From positions 2,516 to 66,515 of the forward strand of contig JALNZZ010000001.1 in assembly GCA_023229065.1 (NCBI GenBank): 64,000 nt of DNA, read 5' to 3'. The position numbers and the translations under genes are program-made. This document shows positions 58,372-64,000 of this stretch, one piece after another. The notes below the pieces were generated by a model. That model was not told where the DNA came from. It saw only the letters and a program-made list of their open reading frames with translations, and did not search any database. Source of the stretch: Porticoccaceae bacterium. GTDB taxonomy: Bacteria; Pseudomonadota; Gammaproteobacteria; Pseudomonadales; Porticoccaceae. How positions within the stretch are numbered: the first letter of the stretch is position 1; every line of letters begins with the position of its first letter.

Positions 58372-59541
58372 ATGTTCAAGGTGCGAACGTACAACCAGAT
58401 TTCTCCCCTCGGCCTCAACCGCTTTGATGCTGCCCGCTACCAGGTCGGCCCCGAAGCGGCTGAGCCGGATGCTTTCATTCTGCGCAGCCACAAGCTGCAC
58501 GGTGAAGAAGTGCCCGCCAGCGTCGTGGCTGTGGCCCGCGCTGGTGCCGGTGTCAACAATATTCCCACCGCTGAGTACACCAGCAAGGGTATTGTGGTCT
58601 TCAACACCCCCGGCGCCAACGCCAATGCGGTAAAGGAGTTGATCGCCGCAGCTCTGCTGCTCAGCTCGCGAGATATTTTTGGCGGCATGAACTATGTGCA
58701 AAGCCTTACCGACATGACCGATGCCGGTGAAATGTCTAAGTTGCTGGAGAAAGAGAAGAAGCGCTTCGCCGGTACCGAGATTCTCGGCAAGACCCTCGGT
58801 GTGGTGGGGCTCGGCGCTATTGGTTCCATGGTGGCCAATATGGCGCTGGAGTTGGGTATGAAGGTTGCTGGCTATGACCCAGCGCTGTCTGTCGAAGCCG
58901 CCTGGCGCCTCTCCAGCCGGGTAGAGAAAGTAGACAGCCTGCAGGCGCTGCTGGGCAAGTCTGACTATGTAACCCTGCACGTGCCGGCCATTGAGGCCAC
59001 GCGTCACCTGATCAATGCCGAGACCGTCAAATACTTCAAGCCCGGTGCCAAGCTGCTCAACTTCGCTCGCGAAGAGATTGTTGAGCCCGACGCCCTGGTG
59101 GCGGCTCTCGACGACGGCACCCTGGCGGGCTACACCGCAGATTTTCCCACCCCTGCCCTGCTGGGCCGTAAAAACGTGGTGTTGATGCCCCATATCGGTG
59201 CAAGTACCGCAGAAGCCGAGGAAAACTGCGCGATGATGGCCGCCGATCAGCTGATCGATTTTCTCGAAAACGGCAATATTCGCAACTCGGTGAACTTCCC
59301 TGCCACCGTGATGAGCCGCAGTGGTGGACACCGCATCACCTTCAGTAACGACAACGTGCCCAAGGTGCTCGGCAATGTGCTGGCGATCCTCGCCGATAAC
59401 AACAATAACGTCATCGACTTGATGAACAAGAGCCGCGATAACGTGGCCTACAACATCATTGATGTGGAAGATGCCCCCAGTGAGGAAATCCTCGCTCGGA
59501 TCACCGCCGTGGAAGGTGTTATCCGGGTACGGGTGGTTTGA
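58372..59541 (+). CDS. serA: D-3-phosphoglycerate dehydrogenase with C-terminal ACT-like domain
   Basis: VVGLGAIGSMV Rossmann motif, the HIGAST catalytic His region, and a C-terminal regulatory domain. 389 aa. Confidence 0.85.
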   Translation: MFKVRTYNQISPLGLNRFDAARYQVGPEAAEPDAFILRSHKLHGEEVPASVVAVARAGAGVNNIPTAEYTSKGIVVFNTPGANANAVKELIAAALLLSSRDIFGGMNYVQSLTDMTDAGEMSKLLEKEKKRFAGTEILGKTLGVVGLGAIGSMVANMALELGMKVAGYDPALSVEAAWRLSSRVEKVDSLQALLGKSDYVTLHVPAIEATRHLINAETVKYFKPGAKLLNFAREEIVEPDALVAALDDGTLAGYTADFPTPALLGRKNVVLMPHIGASTAEAEENCAMMAADQLIDFLENGNIRNSVNFPATVMSRSGGHRITFSNDNVPKVLGNVLAILADNNNNVIDLMNKSRDNVAYNIIDVEDAPSEEILARITAVEGVIRVRVV

Positions 59542-59673
59542 TGTCCTGATGTGAGAGATGGCGGAGATGGGAGACAAATCGGCTCTGTCATCTCCGTCCT
59601 TTCACGTTACTGCCCGAAAGAAGCTCTTACAGACAGCTCTCTACACTTCTGCTGCGTTTAGCGGCTCTGCAGC

Positions 59674-62412
59674 CTAGTCGAGTTTTAGATGGAGCTCCTT
59701 GCGCAGCTGCTCCACTTCTACTGCAAGGGTTACCAGGGCGGCCTGTATCCGCTCTTCATGTTGGTCCTTGACTGCAAAGTGAAGTGCTTTCACGGCGCGC
59801 TCCAGATAAGTCATTTTGAACACCCCAGCGATACCGAGCAGCTGATGGAGGCTTTCTCGCAAGGTGTGCGGCTCGTGGTCATCGACTGCTTGAAGGATGC
59901 TGTCGGTGAGCTTGCTCACTTCCTGAATGAATAGTGTCATGTCGGCGTTGGGCGACAAGGGTTTCCTCTCGTCGCTGGCGACAGACAGGCGCAGATGACG
60001 TTGCAGGGTGGAAATCAGCTTGCCCTCATCGATGGGCTTGAACAACAGGTCGTTGGCACCGGCTTCGAAGAGAGCATTCTCCTCCTGTTGGAGTATGTCA
60101 GCAGTGAGCATCACGATGGGGGTATGGCAGTTGAGGCCCTGCCCCGAGCGGATGGCCTTGATAGCGTTAATACCGTTCATTTCAGGCATGTGCACGTCCA
60201 TTAAGATCAGGTCGAAAGCCTGATGATCGCAGATGGCAATGGCCTGTTGACCGTTGGTGACAGTGGTGATGTTGCTGCCGAGGTGTTCCAGGAAGGTGGC
60301 TAACAGCAGCCGATTGAACTCGTTGTCCTCGGCGATCAGGATGGAGGCAGACAGCTGTGTTCCAGAACCTTGTGCGTTGTCATCATTTTTTTCAGCGGTC
60401 AACAGGGCGGTGAGTTCGCGCATGGTCGGCGGCTTGTCGATAAAGCGTACTGGCTTGCCATCGCCTCCAGTCCAGTCGTGCAGGATGGGTGAGAAATTGC
60501 TGAGTGGCGCAATGATTACAATCGGGCAGGCAAAGCGATTGCGGAGGTAGTCCACATGGTGCTCGAGGGTGCTCGGCGCCTGGCTGACCGGTACCGAGTA
60601 GAGGATGATGTCCGGCTCTTGACCACCACCGCCGATTTCCAGGTCGGTGGTGGATTCACAGGATTCGATACTCTCCACAAAATAAGTCAGCAGCCGTTCC
60701 AGGGCGTGGCGGCTGTGAGGATGGGAATCGAACAGCAGCACGCAGGAGTAGTCCGGCTGGGGCGGCTCAGCCAGTGCCGATACTGTAAGAGGCAGTTCCA
60801 CAGCGAACGTGGTGCCTTTACCGGCAGTACTGTCGATATGAATGGTGCCATCCATCAGCGTGACCAGATTGCGCACGATAGTCAGGCCCAGACCGGAACC
60901 ACCAAAGCGACGGGAGATGGAATTGTCGGCTTGAGAAAAGGGCTCGAAGATCAGGGCCCGCTGTTTTTCCGGAATACCGATACCGGTGTCGATTACCTGA
61001 ATAAGCAGCCGCGCCTGTTTTCCCACCGTGGTGCTGCCGCGTGCTGACACACGCACGATCACCTCACCACTGGAGGTGAATTTGATGGCATTGGACACCA
61101 AGTTGTAAACGATCTGGCGGATACGCAGATTGTCACCGATCAGCGCCTGGGGCAGGTTGGGGGCCAGGTCAAGAATCAGCTCCAGCCCTTTCTGGTGGGC
61201 ACTGGGTGCCATCAGAGCTACCGGACCTTCCAGGCAATCCAGCAGGTTAAAGGGCGCGCTCTCCAGCTCAATACTCCCTGAATGCAGGCGGGTAATATCA
61301 ATGATGTCATCAATCAACTGCAAGAGTTGGAGCGAAGCTTGCTGAATGATGATGCAGTAACGCTTTTCAGCAGCGGTGAGCTGTGATTCTCCTAGCAGTC
61401 GTACAAACCCCTGAATAGCGGTTATGGGAGTGCGCAGCTCATGGCTCATCTGGGCGAGAAAGCCTGTTTTTGCCTGATTGGCGTCCTCTGCCTCGCGCCG
61501 CGCCTTATCCAGCTCGTGGTTCTTCTGCTGCAGGTCATCGAGCAGGGTCTGCAGCTGCTGGGTAGCCGCAGAGACTTTATTCTGCAAATTCTGGCGGTTT
61601 TCCAGGATCGTACTGGCTAAATGATTGATACCGTGAGCAAGCATCGCCAGTTCATCGTGGCCACTGGGGGCGAGACGGGCATGCAAGTTGCCCTCCTCCA
61701 GTTCGCGTACTGTGCGGGTTATTGCTGTTATAGGGCGCACCACGGTATTGCTGAGCAGATAAGTCAGTACTGCTGCGCCCGCTAGTACGACGAGGCTAAT
61801 CAGTAAATGGGTAAGGAGAATTTCACGGGCCAAGGTGTTGGTTCCGGAGCGATCGGCACTTACCACCACCCAGCCCAGCAGACTGTCAGTTGCCTCCTCC
61901 TGCTCAAGTTGGGGCTCCTGAGTGGTCTGGTAGTCACTGATATCGATATCGTTGAGATAGACAGGGCGCTCGATCACCAAGAAGTCTGCTTCCAGGTGGC
62001 TGTAATTGCCGGCTTTGAGATCCATTAGGCGCTCTAGTGGCTGCGGTTGGGTAGCAAACAGCAGCTCCCGGTTGCGGTCTAGAAATACCACTGATTGCAT
62101 GAAGGGCGTGTGTTTGGTGGCGTCAGTGAAGGAGCGCAACAAGTCGGCTTGACCGGTAAAGATCGCAAAGTCGGATACTCGCGCCAGATTTTCAGCGGTC
62201 AGTGTGGTGGTGAGAAGCAAGTTGTTCGCCAATTCCGAGCGGCGGGTATCGATGGTGTGCCAAGTGATGATGGCGTTGACGATAACCACCGGGATGATAC
62301 TGAGCAAAAACAGTCTGGAGCGGATGCCGGTGATAAACGCAGCCGGCCTTCTCGCCATGCGCTGACTAGTGGCGGGTTTGTTGAGGTCGGGTTCAGGGCT
62401 GAGAGGCGTCAT
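59674..62412 (-). CDS. unorthodox hybrid sensor histidine kinase (TM-sensor-TM, HAMP, HisKA, HATPase, pseudo-receiver, receiver, Hpt)
   Basis: H-box MSHELRTP, N-box LVSNAIKFT, G-boxes DTGIGI and GGSGLGLTIV, receiver ILIAEDNEFN..LILMDVHMPEMNG, and C-terminal Hpt LHQLLGIAGVF. The start could instead be MARRPAAF at 62358. Confidence 0.88.
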   Translation of the reverse strand: MTPLSPEPDLNKPATSQRMARRPAAFITGIRSRLFLLSIIPVVIVNAIITWHTIDTRRSELANNLLLTTTLTAENLARVSDFAIFTGQADLLRSFTDATKHTPFMQSVVFLDRNRELLFATQPQPLERLMDLKAGNYSHLEADFLVIERPVYLNDIDISDYQTTQEPQLEQEEATDSLLGWVVVSADRSGTNTLAREILLTHLLISLVVLAGAAVLTYLLSNTVVRPITAITRTVRELEEGNLHARLAPSGHDELAMLAHGINHLASTILENRQNLQNKVSAATQQLQTLLDDLQQKNHELDKARREAEDANQAKTGFLAQMSHELRTPITAIQGFVRLLGESQLTAAEKRYCIIIQQASLQLLQLIDDIIDITRLHSGSIELESAPFNLLDCLEGPVALMAPSAHQKGLELILDLAPNLPQALIGDNLRIRQIVYNLVSNAIKFTSSGEVIVRVSARGSTTVGKQARLLIQVIDTGIGIPEKQRALIFEPFSQADNSISRRFGGSGLGLTIVRNLVTLMDGTIHIDSTAGKGTTFAVELPLTVSALAEPPQPDYSCVLLFDSHPHSRHALERLLTYFVESIESCESTTDLEIGGGGQEPDIILYSVPVSQAPSTLEHHVDYLRNRFACPIVIIAPLSNFSPILHDWTGGDGKPVRFIDKPPTMRELTALLTAEKNDDNAQGSGTQLSASILIAEDNEFNRLLLATFLEHLGSNITTVTNGQQAIAICDHQAFDLILMDVHMPEMNGINAIKAIRSGQGLNCHTPIVMLTADILQQEENALFEAGANDLLFKPIDEGKLISTLQRHLRLSVASDERKPLSPNADMTLFIQEVSKLTDSILQAVDDHEPHTLRESLHQLLGIAGVFKMTYLERAVKALHFAVKDQHEERIQAALVTLAVEVEQLRKELHLKLD

Positions 62413-63481
62413 GGTTAAGGTCCGCGCTGAGGCGTTGTGTCAGTTGCTGGTGGAGCCAGTCTTCGCTGCCGACGGTGATACCGAGAGCTCTCGCGACTGA
62501 GGGGTTGAGCGCCACGCTGAAGTCCCGGGGCGGGAAGGCGCGCCAGAGGCGTTCTTGTTCGGACTGCTTCGCTGGTTCGAACAGCTCTTGGTTTGTGGGC
62601 TGCACTTTTTGCCAGGCGAGATAGCGATCCAGCCAGGCGGCCCCCTGGCGTCCGATGTCAAAAGGGTCCGACTGCAGAGACACCAGGGCACCAGCTTTGG
62701 CGTAGGCCCGGGAAAAGCCTATCACCGGCACTTTGTGGCGGTAGCCGAGAAACAGTGCCCAGCGTGCTACTGACTGATTGAAGAGGCCGCGGTCCGGCAC
62801 CGCAATGAAGACGTCGGCATCGCTGAACAGGGGTGTGAGCGCGGTTATCGGGTTGTCGCGGGTGTGCAGCAGGGTGTCGGCTACGGACAGTTTGTGCTGT
62901 CGGGCCAGAGCGGCAAAAAGCTCTCGCTGACGGCTGGAGTGATCGCCAAACGCTGTCGCCAGTATTCGGCTGTCGGGTTTGATCAGCAGAGCCAGGTGGA
63001 TAAAGCGTTCCAGAGGCTGATCTACCAGAATGGCGGCCTGCTGATAAGGGGTTGACGCCCCTGCTGTCAGATCCCTCCAGGTGGAGCTGGTGATAAACAG
63101 ATTGAGCCTGGGGTTGCTCGAAAAGTGTGTCAGAGCGTTGACGGCGGCCTCTGTGCCGATGGTTACCAGTAGATGAGTTGCTGGCAGGGTGGTCGATTCC
63201 AGCTGAGCGCTGCGCAGCAGGCGCATGGTCAGCCTGGGGTGGCGGCTCGCGACAGCTTGGCGGAAGGCCTGTGCCACCTGGTGATAATGCTCACTGTCGT
63301 CGGACAGCACGATGCTCATGTCGGTGCTGGCCAGGGCCGGTGCGGACATCAGTACCAGCAAGACAAGGCAGAGCAAGTGTGCCAGTCGCTGGCAGAGCCA
63401 ATTTCTTCGGCGCTCACTGTGACATCGTGGCGACGATGGAGTTGGCATCGGCCTGATTGATGGGCGAAGGGCCACAGTCAT
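62393..63481 (-). CDS. periplasmic ABC-substrate-binding-protein-like protein (COG2984-like) without cognate permease/ATPase
   Basis: Signal peptide LVLLVLMSAPALAS. About 330-aa mature protein. Immediately upstream of, and overlapping, the kinase gene. The family assignment is from memory of similar sensor-associated SBP-like genes. Confidence 0.55.
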   Translation of the reverse strand: MTVALRPSIRPMPTPSSPRCHSERRRNWLCQRLAHLLCLVLLVLMSAPALASTDMSIVLSDDSEHYHQVAQAFRQAVASRHPRLTMRLLRSAQLESTTLPATHLLVTIGTEAAVNALTHFSSNPRLNLFITSSTWRDLTAGASTPYQQAAILVDQPLERFIHLALLIKPDSRILATAFGDHSSRQRELFAALARQHKLSVADTLLHTRDNPITALTPLFSDADVFIAVPDRGLFNQSVARWALFLGYRHKVPVIGFSRAYAKAGALVSLQSDPFDIGRQGAAWLDRYLAWQKVQPTNQELFEPAKQSEQERLWRAFPPRDFSVALNPSVARALGITVGSEDWLHQQLTQRLSADLNHDASQP

Positions 63482-63509
63482 CTAACAGCGTCCGTTGGCA
63501 ATGGCTGGG

Positions 63510-64000
63510 TCATGGCAGGTTTACTGCGGCACTGAGAAAAACCCGTGTCTTGAATTGGTTGACGGGGTCGAATTCAGCATAGCTATTGCCCAGGTTTTGC
63601 GCTGTGAGCCTGACTGTGCCATCGGTACGGCCAAGAGTAAAACGCCATGCCAGCTGGGCATCCACTCGAGTGAAACTATCAATAGCCTTACCATCCTCCC
63701 AGCGTAGCCGCGACTGATGATAGGTAGCCAGCGACAAAGTGAAGGCTTCACCCAGCTCTTGGCCTACCAGCAACCCGGCACTGTGGCGGGCCATACGATC
63801 ATTGCGGTCCATGAATTCTGGCACCGGTAAGCGCTGCCTAAGCATGCGACTGTTCATGTCGGTATGAGTGTAGTGCAGGCGCAGAAAAGTTTTGGCCGTC
63901 ACTTGTCCGCTGAGCTGGATTTCGCCACCACGAAAGCGCCAGTAACCATTGTTTTCATGGCGTCTCAGGTAGCTGTCGAATACCGAGACAGGGGGCAAAG
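63510..64000 (-). CDS. outer-membrane beta-barrel protein, TonB-dependent-receptor-like C-terminal fragment (runs off the window)
   Basis: Alternating amphipathic beta-strand pattern (FTLSLATYHQSRLRWE, VDAQLAWRFTLG, VRLTAQNLGNSYAEF). The gene start lies beyond 64000. Confidence 0.5.
   Translation of the reverse strand, partial: LPPVSVFDSYLRRHENNGYWRFRGGEIQLSGQVTAKTFLRLHYTHTDMNSRMLRQRLPVPEFMDRNDRMARHSAGLLVGQELGEAFTLSLATYHQSRLRWEDGKAIDSFTRVDAQLAWRFTLGRTDGTVRLTAQNLGNSYAEFDPVNQFKTRVFLSAAVNLP

Noticed and set aside
59542-59673. Hairpin CGGAGATG-N19-CATCTCCG between convergent serA and the kinase gene, as a terminator.
   Set aside because: The stem is short, the loop is long and there is no convincing U-tract on either strand. 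This is too weak to report as a feature.

Overview
This is a 64-kb chromosomal window from a roughly 60% GC gammaproteobacterium. Core synteny is Pseudomonas-like: trkH-trkA-rsmB-fmt-def facing tsaP-like/dprA/tsaC/hemF/aroE, and polA-engB-cc4-dsbA. Coding density is high. I saw no rRNA, tRNA, CRISPR array, transposase, integrase or recognisable defence system. Main blocks: (1) 5..13438 (-) holds 16 tightly coupled genes of an aryl-polyene/xanthomonadin-like type II PKS-lipid cluster. It includes KS, a CLF-like protein, two ACPs, an adenylase-dehydratase fusion, KR, DH, thioesterase, two acyltransferases, GT2, a LolA-like protein, an MMPL exporter, a DUF3261 lipoprotein and an embedded flavin-dependent halogenase. 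The cluster is truncated at the left edge, and a divergent Sfp-type PPTase sits next to it. (2) Housekeeping genes follow: uvrD, trk, the translation/formylation genes, dprA, hemF and aroE. (3) A complete aa3-type cytochrome oxidase biogenesis cluster: coxBA-ctaG-coxC, DUF2909, SURF1, ctaA, ctaB, sco1. (4) The zur-znuCB / znuA divergon. (5) The polA-engB spacer carries a textbook sigmaE/AlgU-type promoter, two hairpins and an intrinsic terminator. I interpret this as an ErsA/Spot42-position sRNA. (6) An ackA-xfp phosphoketolase operon sits beside a lower-GC singleton double-domain glycosyltransferase, a 164-bp composite palindrome and a serC-serA operon. (7) The right edge holds a three-gene outer-membrane barrel / periplasmic binding-protein-like / unorthodox hybrid histidine kinase module. 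The most interesting items are the halogenase-containing APE-like cluster, the sigmaE-promoter sRNA candidate, the orphan double GT2 with its flanking repeats, and the OM-barrel/SBP/kinase module. All functional calls rest on motifs read by eye and on remembered family knowledge. No database search was run.
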